NCBI GenBank assembly: GCA_963749345.1
Contig: CAVVMO010000004.1
Coordinates: forward strand, 286,047-350,046
Reading direction: 5' to 3'
Length of the DNA: 64,000 nt
Source: an uncultured Bacteroidales bacterium
GTDB taxonomy: Bacteria > Bacteroidota > Bacteroidia > Bacteroidales > JAADJA01
Shown here: positions 37,776-47,621 of the stretch, piece after piece
How the letters are laid out: each line of letters opens with the position of its first letter
Position numbering within the stretch: position 1 is the stretch's first letter
Position numbers and translations under genes: made by a program
The notes under the pieces: model-generated
Told to the model about the DNA's origin: nothing
The model's database searches: none
Seen by the model: the letters and a program-made list of their open reading frames with translations, nothing else

Positions 37776-39908
37776 ATGGCGCTTATTGGTACAATTAGAA
37801 AAAGGTCCGGATTGTTGATCATCATCGTGGGTGTTGCATTGGCTGCATTTGTTTTGGGTGATTTTCTTAGTCCACAATACGGCCGAGGAAGGGAACAAAT
37901 AAATGTAGCTGAATTATTGGGAGAAGATATTACCTATTCTCAGTTTGATGCTAAATTTGAGCAAAACCATGAAAATCAGAAAAGGAATCAAAAGAAAGAA
38001 AGCCTTACAGCTGAAGAAGTTTTTAATTTGAAACAGCAAACCTGGGATCAGATTATTCAAACCATTATATTAGATAAAGAATACAAGGAATTAGGTTTGG
38101 TAGTTTCTGCTGAGGAATTGTTTGACCAGATACAGGGAGATCAGCCTCATGCTTATATTTTACAATATTTTAAGGACCCTGAAACCCAGCAATACGATCC
38201 TGAACTGGTAAGGAATTATATAAAACAGCTTGACCAGATGGACCCAACCAACCGCAGCCAGTGGGATGCTTTTGTGGAAGCCATTAAAGAAGACCGTTAC
38301 AAGACCAAGTACAAGGACCTGATCTCAAAAGCTTATTACATGCCTGAACAGTTTGTAAGAATGGATTTTGATGAAAAGAAAACCAATGCAAAAATAAGGC
38401 TTGTGGGTTATCGCTATAATTTAATTGACGATAGTCTTGTGAAGGTTAAAGACAGCGACTATGAAAAATATTATAACGATTACAAGCAGAATTACAAACA
38501 GGAAGCCTCAAGGGATATTGACTATGTGGTGTTTGATGTGAAACCATCCCCTAAGGACAGAAAAGAAGCACGTGACTTAGCCTTTAAAGTATTCGAAGCC
38601 TTTAAATCTGCCGATAATATTCCATTGTTCGTTAATGGCGAGTCCGATACTAAATATGATAGTACCTGGAAAAAACAGGGAACCTTATCTCCCCGGGTTG
38701 ATACCGTAGTTTTTAAATCTCCGGCAGGCACTTTTGTTGAGCCTTATATCGAGAATGAAGCCTGGCACATGGCTAAGTTAATGGATGTCCAAATGAGGCC
38801 CGATTCCATGAAGGCATCTCACATTTTGGTTTCCTATGCAGGAGCTACTATGGCAGATGAAAAGATCATACGTACCAAAGAAAGGGCAAAAATTATTGCG
38901 GATAGCCTTCTGAATGTTGTAAAAGCCTCTCCAACCCTCATCGAAACACTCGCCCGTTTGAAGTCGGATGATCCATCTGCAGAACAAAACTCAGGCGACC
39001 TGGGTTGGTTTGCCGATGGCTCCATGGTGTATCCTTTTAATTATGCAGTATTAACTCACAATGTCGGTGACTTCGTTGTGGTGGAATCTAACTTTGGATA
39101 TCATGTGATTAAAGTAACCGGAAAATTAGAACCTGTTAAAAAAGTAAGGATAGCGTTAATCGATATCGCAATTGATGCCAGCCAGGAAACCAACCAGGAA
39201 ATGTTTGCCAAAGCAAGCGAATTTACCGGAAGGGCAACCAATATTACCGCTTTTGATACCCTGGCAACAAAAATGGGATTAAACAAGCTTACAGCTACCT
39301 ACCTGCAAGCCATGGGAAACCGGATTGCCGGATTGGATTACCCGCGCCCTATCATTCAATGGACATTTATTGAAGGCATTGGTGTTGGTTCCGTTTCACA
39401 GGTGTTTACAATGGAAGACAAGTATATTGTTGCCATCGTAACCAAAGTAAGGGAAAAGGGAATACCAAAGCTTGAAGATCTTAAAGAAGTAATGGAGCCG
39501 CTTATTATCAAGGAAATGAAAGGTGATCTGGCCGTGCAAAAGATGACGGATGTAGCCGGCTCAACATCAAACCTGATTGAAATAGCTCAAAAATTAAATT
39601 CAAAGGTGGATACCATACCCAATGTGAACTTCAACCTCCGGAATATTGCCAGTTACGGCAATGAAGCGAATGTTATCGCAAAAGTCTTTACACTCCAGCC
39701 CAATATAATGTCGGAGCCGATTAAAGGCAGCAATGCCGCTTTCTTTGTGATTGTGGACGAAGTCACCAAACCGGCTGAAGGCGAGGACAGGAAAGTATTC
39801 GAAAAACAACTGGTCATGAACTTTAAATCCAAGGTCACCAATAATTCATTTACAAAAACCCTTGAGGAAAAGGCCAACATTACCGATAACAGGGTGAAGT
39901 TCTATTAA
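37776..39908 (+). CDS. ppiD: periplasmic peptidyl-prolyl isomerase / chaperone (PpiD/SurA-like, parvulin domain)
   Basis: 710 aa with an N-terminal TM anchor and a parvulin signature (ASHILVSY...GDLGWFADGSMVYPFNYAV...GYHVIKV). Confidence 0.75.
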   Translation: MALIGTIRKRSGLLIIIVGVALAAFVLGDFLSPQYGRGREQINVAELLGEDITYSQFDAKFEQNHENQKRNQKKESLTAEEVFNLKQQTWDQIIQTIILDKEYKELGLVVSAEELFDQIQGDQPHAYILQYFKDPETQQYDPELVRNYIKQLDQMDPTNRSQWDAFVEAIKEDRYKTKYKDLISKAYYMPEQFVRMDFDEKKTNAKIRLVGYRYNLIDDSLVKVKDSDYEKYYNDYKQNYKQEASRDIDYVVFDVKPSPKDRKEARDLAFKVFEAFKSADNIPLFVNGESDTKYDSTWKKQGTLSPRVDTVVFKSPAGTFVEPYIENEAWHMAKLMDVQMRPDSMKASHILVSYAGATMADEKIIRTKERAKIIADSLLNVVKASPTLIETLARLKSDDPSAEQNSGDLGWFADGSMVYPFNYAVLTHNVGDFVVVESNFGYHVIKVTGKLEPVKKVRIALIDIAIDASQETNQEMFAKASEFTGRATNITAFDTLATKMGLNKLTATYLQAMGNRIAGLDYPRPIIQWTFIEGIGVGSVSQVFTMEDKYIVAIVTKVREKGIPKLEDLKEVMEPLIIKEMKGDLAVQKMTDVAGSTSNLIEIAQKLNSKVDTIPNVNFNLRNIASYGNEANVIAKVFTLQPNIMSEPIKGSNAAFFVIVDEVTKPAEGEDRKVFEKQLVMNFKSKVTNNSFTKTLEEKANITDNRVKFY

Positions 39909-39931
39909 GATTGATATTACAAACAATGGAA

Positions 39932-39958
39932 AAGGGCGTCGGATGATGCCCTTTTTTG
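39932..39958 (+). terminator. intrinsic terminator after the ppiD-like gene
   Basis: AAGGGC-gtcggatgat-GCCCTT is followed by TTTTG. Confidence 0.7.
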
Positions 39959-39972
39959 TTTGAGTAAATTCG

Positions 39973-39999
39973 TTATTTCCTGACAAACCTTCCGGTTGG
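39973..39999 (-). other. 27-nt vestige of a T9SS-protein 3' end
   Basis: The reverse complement encodes PTGRFVRK*. It matches 22/27 nt of the real 3' end of the neighbouring gene (AGTGRFVRR*, 40114-40140), which lies 140 nt away. Confidence 0.5.
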
Positions 40000-40113
40000 T
40001 GGATTCTTTCCTTCGCAGGAATGATTTCTGTTCTTCAAAGGCATTCCTGAAAAACCGATAGGTTTTATCAGGAATTCAGGACATTCCGCTATACCATTAT
40101 ACCCCTATACCTT

Positions 40114-41691
40114 TTATCTCCTCACAAACCTCCCCGTCCCCGCCACTTTCCCATTGCTCTTCACCACGGCAAAGTACAAACCCTTGCTCCAGTTGCTTAC
40201 ACTTAGCTTTGTTTGCTGCTGCCCTTTGTATATCTTTTCGCTGTGTACCTTCTGCCCAAAGATGTTATAGCACTCCAGTAGCATGTTGCTGTGGTGCTCC
40301 GTGTTTTCGAAGGCAAGGGTGATTTCCGTTTCAGCGGGGTTGGGGTAGGCAGTGATGGGTATGGTGGATATAAAGCTGTAGTATTCCTCCGGTGAAGGTA
40401 TTTCCTCCGTTCCAGTCCAAACCAGACAATCTGATAGATCTATTGTGCCCGATTGTATAGGCTCCGGGCAAAGGCTGTCGTATGTGTAAGTGTTTGTATC
40501 GAAAGGGACGGATTCTAAATTTTTATCAATTTTATACAGATAAATGTTTTTATCATTGTTAGGCTCTGTGATGGTTGAAGCTAATACAAAGTTGTTATCC
40601 GATGATTTTATCAAACTTGCCGATGATGTATTAGGTCTTGATTGAAAATTATAAAGATTTCCAGCGGTATCTAAAACTAACTCACCTCCGGGATTAATGT
40701 TATAATCCGATCCAAACAAGGATGCTGCAATAAATAATGTGTCGTTTATTCTATCAATATCTCTAATATGATTACTATGAATATCAGGCCCGATTTGCTC
40801 ATTAAATATTTCACTTAAGCCTACCTCTTCGCCTTGAATATTATAAAGTGCCAGCAACGAATTATCAATATTGCCATCGTATCGTCTTATTCCAGCGCCC
40901 AATATAATCGAATCATTTATTGGAATTGAAGTATAAGCCTTCCCAAACACCGAATCAAGAGCATAAAACGGTAGTATCCATTTTTCATTGAACAAGCTGT
41001 CAATTCCGATAAAAAGGGGACGCTGATAAAAATGAGTTGTATCGGTTGGAAAAGGCCAATAACAATACCCGGAAATGTAATAATCTTTGTTGTGCTCCAT
41101 TACATCATAAGCCACCGGCACATCTATCCAGGGATGATCTTCTTGCCTGGCATATTGTTTCTTCCAAAGGAACACTCCGTTTTCGTTAAAACATGCAAGA
41201 AATATTTTAGTTTCCTGATCTAATCCAACATAATTGCATAAAATTATTATTTCATTGTTTGCATTTATTAGAATATCACTTGTGCTTCCAAACCAAAGTT
41301 GATCATCAGTGATTATTTTGCACCATTCATTTTCACTACAGGAATTGAATTTTGTCGAAAATGGCCAACTTCCAATACTACCTCCAACATATCGGTTCCC
41401 TTCACCATCCATTACTGCAAAACGACTACTAACTTCGTATTGCTGGTGAACAAGTGTTTTATCCCATAGAACATCTCCATTAATACTTGTTTTTATTCCC
41501 CAACCATGCCAAATAGTTGAAATATCATATCCGGCTTCAATGTAATATCCTTTATCATAATATTCAATTATGTCATTGGCATATTCATCTCTATTTGAAA
41601 TACCAATATGCACCTCCCAATCCTGATTCTGCCCCAGCACAAATAAGTTTGCTATTAGGATAAAGAAAGTTAGTAAGGCTTTTGCTTTCAT
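40114..41691 (-). CDS. T9SS C-terminal sorting domain protein with a beta-propeller-like body, function unknown
   Basis: The ORF 40114..41703 begins at TTG; the ATG at 41691 gives MKAKALLTFFILIANLFVLGQ. The C-terminus AYPNPAETEITLAF...GLYFAVVKSNGKVAGTGRFVRR fits the T9SS CTD. Confidence 0.8.
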   Translation of the reverse strand: MKAKALLTFFILIANLFVLGQNQDWEVHIGISNRDEYANDIIEYYDKGYYIEAGYDISTIWHGWGIKTSINGDVLWDKTLVHQQYEVSSRFAVMDGEGNRYVGGSIGSWPFSTKFNSCSENEWCKIITDDQLWFGSTSDILINANNEIIILCNYVGLDQETKIFLACFNENGVFLWKKQYARQEDHPWIDVPVAYDVMEHNKDYYISGYCYWPFPTDTTHFYQRPLFIGIDSLFNEKWILPFYALDSVFGKAYTSIPINDSIILGAGIRRYDGNIDNSLLALYNIQGEEVGLSEIFNEQIGPDIHSNHIRDIDRINDTLFIAASLFGSDYNINPGGELVLDTAGNLYNFQSRPNTSSASLIKSSDNNFVLASTITEPNNDKNIYLYKIDKNLESVPFDTNTYTYDSLCPEPIQSGTIDLSDCLVWTGTEEIPSPEEYYSFISTIPITAYPNPAETEITLAFENTEHHSNMLLECYNIFGQKVHSEKIYKGQQQTKLSVSNWSKGLYFAVVKSNGKVAGTGRFVRR

Positions 41692-41699
41692 AATGTATT

Positions 41700-42176
41700 T
41701 CAATGGCCATTGGTGTAGTAATCGTAAAGCTTCTTTACCAGTCCGGCGCTTTCGGCAATGTCAATGGATAAATCGCTTTTTAGCAGTTCAATCATTTCAT
41801 GCGCATGAGTAGAAAGCTTTTCCTGTGGCTGCCAAAGGATCTTTATCACGCAATGCTCCAGCAGAATGTATTTGTCGCGGTTGTTTGCAAGGCCCGGCTG
41901 CCAATTTTCGAGGTAGTTGTCGGTTTGCGCGAATAACTTCCTGAGATCATCCCCGTCAATCTGTCCCGGAATCATAACGGGTTTTAGTTTCAGCAGGTTT
42001 TTATCAAACGATACCGGCGTCAGACGAGCATACATTTCAGCATCATTCATTGAATAAGAATACACAATCTTTCCTTCCTCAAACTTCACATCTGCAATCG
42101 GTGTCGTCCAGTCCTCGTTGCCCAGTTGAGCAAGAGTAATTAGGGGTAACAGCAAAAGTATAACCAGCCAGCGCAT
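41700..42176 (-). CDS. secreted hypothetical protein
   Basis: 158 aa with signal peptide MRWLVILLLLPLITLAQ. It ends 8 nt before the ATG of the T9SS gene, so the two are probably co-transcribed. A TATTTTTG box (42206-42199, minus strand) lies 23 nt upstream. Confidence 0.6.
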   Translation of the reverse strand: MRWLVILLLLPLITLAQLGNEDWTTPIADVKFEEGKIVYSYSMNDAEMYARLTPVSFDKNLLKLKPVMIPGQIDGDDLRKLFAQTDNYLENWQPGLANNRDKYILLEHCVIKILWQPQEKLSTHAHEMIELLKSDLSIDIAESAGLVKKLYDYYTNGH

Positions 42177-42461
42177 GTTATTATGAATTAACGTTTCTCA
42201 AAAATACAATATAAATTGGTAATAAAAAAATCCCACGAACCACTCCGGGGGAATTATAAATAACTCAGCCCACAAGTACTATCCCTGCGGGCTGAAATTC
42301 ATATTATCTCTTTATCAATGTGCCTGAGCACCTGTGTTAAACGAATTTTAACAGGAGTTAGTTACAGCGTAGGTTCCGTCTGGATTTATTTTCTGGCCAA
42401 TCTCCGCAAACGAATGAATTAACTTATTCGGAAATGCAGGAAATCCTCATTTTACTATAAC

Positions 42462-43367
42462 CTAATTGGAAGTTTTTATCCCCAGTTCAGCTACCTGGAT
42501 GACTTCACCGGTATCTTCCGAAAATACATAAGCGATGATGTTACAGTTGGAGGTAACCCACGCGGAATTGAGATCGAAAATGAACTGGTTAGGGTATTCC
42601 TGGTTCTGCGCAACATTACCATCGGCTGAAATGTAACCGCCATAGGTAGAATTAACAGCGCCGCGAAGGATATTCCGGTGCTCGTAATCGAGCCAGTCGG
42701 GCGATGGGCCAATGGCCGGATTGTTGTTCTTTTGCGGGGAAACGATGCTATCTTCTACCACATACACCACAAGCTTGTATTTTCCTTCAGGTTCAAAAAG
42801 AAACTTAGCGGCAACATCAATCTGTATTTTATTCAGGTTGGGATAATAGATATTGCGAAGCTTCAAATCCACTGCATTCTCTTTTTCAATCTCCTGCATC
42901 ACAACTGTTTCCCAGTTACCGGCTCCAATCAGCAAAGAGCCGTTGAATTCCACCCGGTCAATCAAACCAATGGGATTGGCAAATGCCTGAAAGTTGTTGT
43001 ACAATGCTTCCCCGGTCTCGCAGCGGAAATCGGCAGTATAATTGCCTGTTTCGTCAGGTTCGGCATAGTATCCGGCATGAACACTGTAAATAATAAGCTT
43101 ATGGTTTAAGTCCTCCGCAAGGTTATGAGCGGCAATAGCGGCTTCAGGACAGTTCACACATTTGTGGCCGGTAAAATCCTCTAACAAAACATGTTTCTCA
43201 GTTATACTTACTGAATCAGCAAAATACAACGTGTCCAGATAGCCGTCAGTTGTATATTGTTCATCTATGATGTCCAGGGGCTGATCTATTTTATCGCAGG
43301 AAGCCAAAAAAATAAAAGACGCAACTGCCAGTAAGATTTTGGGTGTGAATTTATTTTTCATAATCAT
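42462..43367 (-). CDS. Omp28-related / thioredoxin-fold CXXC lipoprotein
   Basis: 301 aa with lipobox FLASCDK and the motif LLEDFTGHKCVNCPEA (CXXC in a thioredoxin-like context). Confidence 0.6.
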   Translation of the reverse strand: MIMKNKFTPKILLAVASFIFLASCDKIDQPLDIIDEQYTTDGYLDTLYFADSVSITEKHVLLEDFTGHKCVNCPEAAIAAHNLAEDLNHKLIIYSVHAGYYAEPDETGNYTADFRCETGEALYNNFQAFANPIGLIDRVEFNGSLLIGAGNWETVVMQEIEKENAVDLKLRNIYYPNLNKIQIDVAAKFLFEPEGKYKLVVYVVEDSIVSPQKNNNPAIGPSPDWLDYEHRNILRGAVNSTYGGYISADGNVAQNQEYPNQFIFDLNSAWVTSNCNIIAYVFSEDTGEVIQVAELGIKTSN

Positions 43368-43382
43368 GTATCCTTTCTTCCT

Positions 43383-45167
43383 TTAAAATGAACTCGTGAT
43401 GGTAAGTGTTAAACCTGTGGAAGCCGGAACGTACCTGCAAACGCCCCCCACACAAAGCAAGCCTTCGCGCTGCCTTCCATAACGGAGGGAAATACGGTTG
43501 GTTTTATTGGTATATCCGAATGATGCATTGTAGTAATGCACCTGCTTATCGTTGTCTGGGTTTCCATAATTCCATTCGTCCATTACCGCAAAAAACCATG
43601 CCGGCGAAATATTGTATTCAAGTGTCATTGCAGCCCAATCACCCTCATCCTCTTTTGTCCATAAGCCCTGTCCTTCGACACGCAAAGAGTGCTTGCTAGA
43701 AAATTTATATGTAAGATCTATAACACCAATGTTGGCATGTACCATTTCTTCGTCGTTATAAATATCATCTTCAATCACATTCAGGTTGTAGGTCTGGTTG
43801 AAATAAGCCAGTTTAACTTTAAGTTTTTTATTGAATTTCCGGTCAAACTTTATATCCAGGTCTCTGTAAAAAGGCAAATCGCCAAAGGCTAAAAATTTTG
43901 TCTGATACCCATCAGTGCCAGTTGAATCGATTGGGATGGCAGAGCTGATGGGTTCTTTATTTATTGAATTGGCATAAGCATAATCAACCTCTATGGTAGT
44001 ACCATACTCTCCGCCTATTTTTGTCTTTTTCGGGATGGTGTAAATCACTTCCGTCTTGAATCCGGCTTCACCGTTTTGCTTGGTAGCATAAGGATACATG
44101 GTGGCAAGGCTGTAAGGGTGCTCCTTTGAAATAGCAGGAAGATAATTTATATCAAGCATTGGAGGCGGTTCATATTCTGTCATTTTCGATTTAAAATGCA
44201 TATAATCTATCCATTTCATTGATAAAAAAGCACCAAATCCTTTCTTGGAATAAGATAGAGTAGAATATAAGGCGCGTCCATTTTTGTAAATTAAGCTTTT
44301 ACCTTCATTATAAGTGTAATTTGGATCATTTCCTTTCTCAGCATATTCAGCATAAAAGTTATACCCTCCTGAAGCCAGATTTAACCGTGCAGCCCAGCTA
44401 CCAACATTGTAAGGTAGATTATATTCGTAGGTAGTTTTTTTTGTCCAATGTGTTGTTCCACCTAATTCATTAACACTGTCGAACTCAACGATTCTTGTAA
44501 AAGTTTTTATATCTGGTTGTTCATACCTGCTGACAAAACTCCCGCCAAGGGTAATTTTGGTTTTTGCATCCGTCATGCCTTTGAAAATATCATTCAGGTA
44601 GAAATCGCCATCCATACCCCTCACAATACCGCGGTTATTGGCTTCATAAGGTTCCCAGAAATATCGTTGCACGCCGACAAGCCCTTTGAGGGTGACACCA
44701 CTAACCGGTGAAAATTTTGCATTGAAGCCATAGATGTTGTTATCGTAACCCAATGTCCACTCTTCCCAGCTTCGCAAAACCAGCCCGCTGCCAAACTGCT
44801 CATAGAAATGACCGGCGGTAATTTCAAGGGCTCCAAGCTTATACCCGGCAAACCAGTATGGAATACCAACACCTTCGTAACGCGGATCATCAAATCCACT
44901 CAAAGGATTCAGATAGCCTTCAAAACGGATACCCGCTTTAAAATCGCCATTTGTATAAAGGATGTTTGCAAAACCATTCATCCCGAACTTCTTATAGTTC
45001 AGTGTGGAATCGGTGATCCCGAGTTTTGAATCTTCGGAATAAACCTGGGCATCCACCTGCATATTGCCGGTAACCTTGCCTCCGCTAAGGATATCCTGGG
45101 CAAATGACACCACAGGCAGAAAAGCCAGCAACAATAATATCCGGACACTGTAATTCTTCTTTTTCAA
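43383..45167 (-). CDS. outer-membrane beta-barrel protein of unknown function (DUF6029-like)
   Basis: 594 aa with a signal peptide (..SFAQ), alternating aromatic/glycine strand patterns and a C-terminal ...TLTITSSF with terminal Phe (OMP beta-signal). Confidence 0.6.
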   Translation of the reverse strand: MKKKNYSVRILLLLAFLPVVSFAQDILSGGKVTGNMQVDAQVYSEDSKLGITDSTLNYKKFGMNGFANILYTNGDFKAGIRFEGYLNPLSGFDDPRYEGVGIPYWFAGYKLGALEITAGHFYEQFGSGLVLRSWEEWTLGYDNNIYGFNAKFSPVSGVTLKGLVGVQRYFWEPYEANNRGIVRGMDGDFYLNDIFKGMTDAKTKITLGGSFVSRYEQPDIKTFTRIVEFDSVNELGGTTHWTKKTTYEYNLPYNVGSWAARLNLASGGYNFYAEYAEKGNDPNYTYNEGKSLIYKNGRALYSTLSYSKKGFGAFLSMKWIDYMHFKSKMTEYEPPPMLDINYLPAISKEHPYSLATMYPYATKQNGEAGFKTEVIYTIPKKTKIGGEYGTTIEVDYAYANSINKEPISSAIPIDSTGTDGYQTKFLAFGDLPFYRDLDIKFDRKFNKKLKVKLAYFNQTYNLNVIEDDIYNDEEMVHANIGVIDLTYKFSSKHSLRVEGQGLWTKEDEGDWAAMTLEYNISPAWFFAVMDEWNYGNPDNDKQVHYYNASFGYTNKTNRISLRYGRQREGLLCVGGVCRYVPASTGLTLTITSSF

Positions 45168-45202
45168 ATTCTTAGATTTATTGAAATTTTACAATAGCAG
45201 AA

Positions 45203-45724
45203 TTAGTTGATTTTTTCGCCCTTTAATATTTTATTAACAATCTCGATGTATTCAGCTTCATCTCCATCAAGATAACCTACATGTTGCCAGACTATCTGGC
45301 CCTGCCCATCAGTGATAAAGGTATGCGGTGGAACATTCACATTCATGGCCCTTTTGAAATCACTATTCTCATCCAGCAACACCTCAAACTCCCAACTTTT
45401 ACCATCCACCAGCGGTTTCACACTTTTGCTCGAACGGGCATTGTCAATTGAAATGGCATAAAGTTTTACCCCGGTTTCTTCCACCCAATCAGAGTACACA
45501 TCATTGATTGCATCGTGCTCCTTTAAACAGGGCTTGCACCAGGTTGCCCAAAATGTGATGATTACTGGTTTTCCATCATTTAATATGGAAGAGGTATTGA
45601 ACGATTTTCCATCCATAGTTTTCACATCAATGGCTGGAATCTTAACCAAATTCTTTGTGCCTTCCTGAGCATTTAATATACTGACAAAAGCAACCAAAAT
45701 GATTGTAATCCAAAGGTTTTTCAT
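45203..45724 (-). CDS. TlpA-family thiol:disulfide oxidoreductase
   Basis: 173 aa with a signal peptide, the thioredoxin active site FWATWCKPCLKE and an AhpC/TSA-like fold pattern. Confidence 0.85.
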   Translation of the reverse strand: MKNLWITIILVAFVSILNAQEGTKNLVKIPAIDVKTMDGKSFNTSSILNDGKPVIITFWATWCKPCLKEHDAINDVYSDWVEETGVKLYAISIDNARSSKSVKPLVDGKSWEFEVLLDENSDFKRAMNVNVPPHTFITDGQGQIVWQHVGYLDGDEAEYIEIVNKILKGEKIN

Positions 45725-45891
45725 AATTTATATCTGTTAAAATGAAAGCAAACCAAGACAAACAACGAGCCAAAAGTAAAAAAAAACCGATTCAAAAAAC
45801 TTTGTAAGTTTATTTAGAATAAAATAATGCAGGATTGTTTTCAGCCAGACAAAATATAGCTCAAAACCGTTGTATGATTAATGTCAAACAA

Positions 45892-46875
45892 TTACAAAAC
45901 CATGCAGACTTCGAGGATTTTTGTTTCCGGGGCAGGGTAAATTTCTACCTTTTCAATAATAGCCGGCAGAAGTATGGCTTCACCCAGTTTAACTGAGTAT
46001 TTGATATTGTCGCATTTTAAATCAAAAGCCCCTTCCGTACAAATGTAAATAACAAAAGAGTCGAGTTGACTGTAATCCTTTTTTAAGGCTTTATTTAAAT
46101 GTATCAGGTTGGTTGTAAAATAAGGGCTTTCGACCAATTTTACTGTTTCGTTCAGCTTGTCGGTGTAAGGAGTTTTGTAGTTGTCATGCAGATTGAAATC
46201 AATTGCATCAAGAGCCAGGTCGGTATGCAATTCCCGCATCATGCCGGCATTATCAATCCTGTCCCAGTCATAAATCCGATAGGTCACATCTGATGTCTGC
46301 TGGATTTCAGCAAGTAAAATTCCAGGTCCCAGTGCATGAACCCGTCCTGCAGGAGTAAAGAAAACATCTCCCTTGTTTACTTTTTCAAAGTTCATAATGC
46401 TTTTAAGGGTTTTGTTTTCAAGGTGTTTTTGGTAGCCACTTTTATCAACCCTTGTGCTGAAACCGGCGATCAGTTCCGAATCATGATCTGCATCGAGAAT
46501 ATACCACATTTCAGATTTACCCAAGCTTTGATGACGCTTCCATGCCAGCTTATCATCCGGATGCACCTGGATCGAAAGCCAGTCGTTTGCATCGATAAAT
46601 TTTATCAGGATGGGAAATTCATTACCAAATTTTTGATAGATTTTTTCACCGACCAGGTCACCCATGTATACCTCGACGAGCTCATTCAAATCGTTGCCGG
46701 CAAGGAATCCATTTTCAATGACAGTTTGATTGTCTTCCACTCCTGATAAAACCCATACTTCACCGCAGTTTGGAAGGGGTGAAAAGTTTTGTTTTAAGAC
46801 AGTTCGGATTTTTTGTCCACCCCAGATTTTATCTTTAAATATGGGTTTGAATTTAAAGGGATATAAATTATTCAT
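45892..46875 (-). CDS. manA: class I mannose-6-phosphate isomerase
   Basis: 327 aa. N-terminus LYPFKFKPIFKDKIWGG, metal-binding SIQVHPDD, and GKSEMWYIL...FTPAGRVHALG. Confidence 0.85.
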   Translation of the reverse strand: MNNLYPFKFKPIFKDKIWGGQKIRTVLKQNFSPLPNCGEVWVLSGVEDNQTVIENGFLAGNDLNELVEVYMGDLVGEKIYQKFGNEFPILIKFIDANDWLSIQVHPDDKLAWKRHQSLGKSEMWYILDADHDSELIAGFSTRVDKSGYQKHLENKTLKSIMNFEKVNKGDVFFTPAGRVHALGPGILLAEIQQTSDVTYRIYDWDRIDNAGMMRELHTDLALDAIDFNLHDNYKTPYTDKLNETVKLVESPYFTTNLIHLNKALKKDYSQLDSFVIYICTEGAFDLKCDNIKYSVKLGEAILLPAIIEKVEIYPAPETKILEVCMVL

Positions 46876-46994
46876 AGGAATAAAAAATCAACATTGTTAA
46901 TTGAAAAGATTGACAACCGACAAAAATATCGATTTTTTAGTCTTTGATAATATTAGTTAGGATTGGGCAGAATAAAGAAGTAATAATCCGGCAA

Positions 46995-47621
46995 TTATTT
47001 TATTGTATCCAGCATGATTGTCCACAATTCAGTAGAGGAAACTTTAAAAGCGACAACTCCCAGTTTTTGAGTGTAGTAAATTTCAAAAGGCCGCCTTTCC
47101 TGCTTTTTAAAATAAACACTGTCGAACTGAATTCCATTAAGCACAAGCTCTGGTTTATAGGTAAAATTTTCACCCTTATCACTGCTTTCCGTTTCGTATG
47201 TCACGATTTTCATTTCATTCTGATAATAATCTCCATCTCCAACTGAAACCTTTAAAATATCCCAATCACCTAATTCACCTTTATTACGTTCGAGATAGTA
47301 TCTGATAAAATAGGGTGTTGAAGCGGAGTTAAAAAAGAGATTCTGTCTTTCCAGCTCAGCATAGTAGTCCTCCTGTGCTCCTATAAAACCACCCTGATCG
47401 GTCATGTAACGGACATTTTCATAATAGCTTGATCTTCCTGCACCATAAAACACCATTCGGGAAGTATCAAACGCAAATACAACATCTTCACTTCCAGCAA
47501 ATGGAATCCATGCTAATGATATAGAATCGAGATTTTCAGTGTCGGTTGTAATGGATTTTGGTCCACATCCAATCAATGAAATCATGAATGCAAGGGCAAC
47601 AGCTAAATATATCCTTTTCAT
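46995..47621 (-). CDS. hypothetical lipoprotein
   Basis: The ATG at 47621 gives MKRIYLAVALAFMISLIGCG (lipobox). The upstream extension to 47699 has no signal-peptide logic. Confidence 0.6.
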   Translation of the reverse strand: MKRIYLAVALAFMISLIGCGPKSITTDTENLDSISLAWIPFAGSEDVVFAFDTSRMVFYGAGRSSYYENVRYMTDQGGFIGAQEDYYAELERQNLFFNSASTPYFIRYYLERNKGELGDWDILKVSVGDGDYYQNEMKIVTYETESSDKGENFTYKPELVLNGIQFDSVYFKKQERRPFEIYYTQKLGVVAFKVSSTELWTIMLDTIK

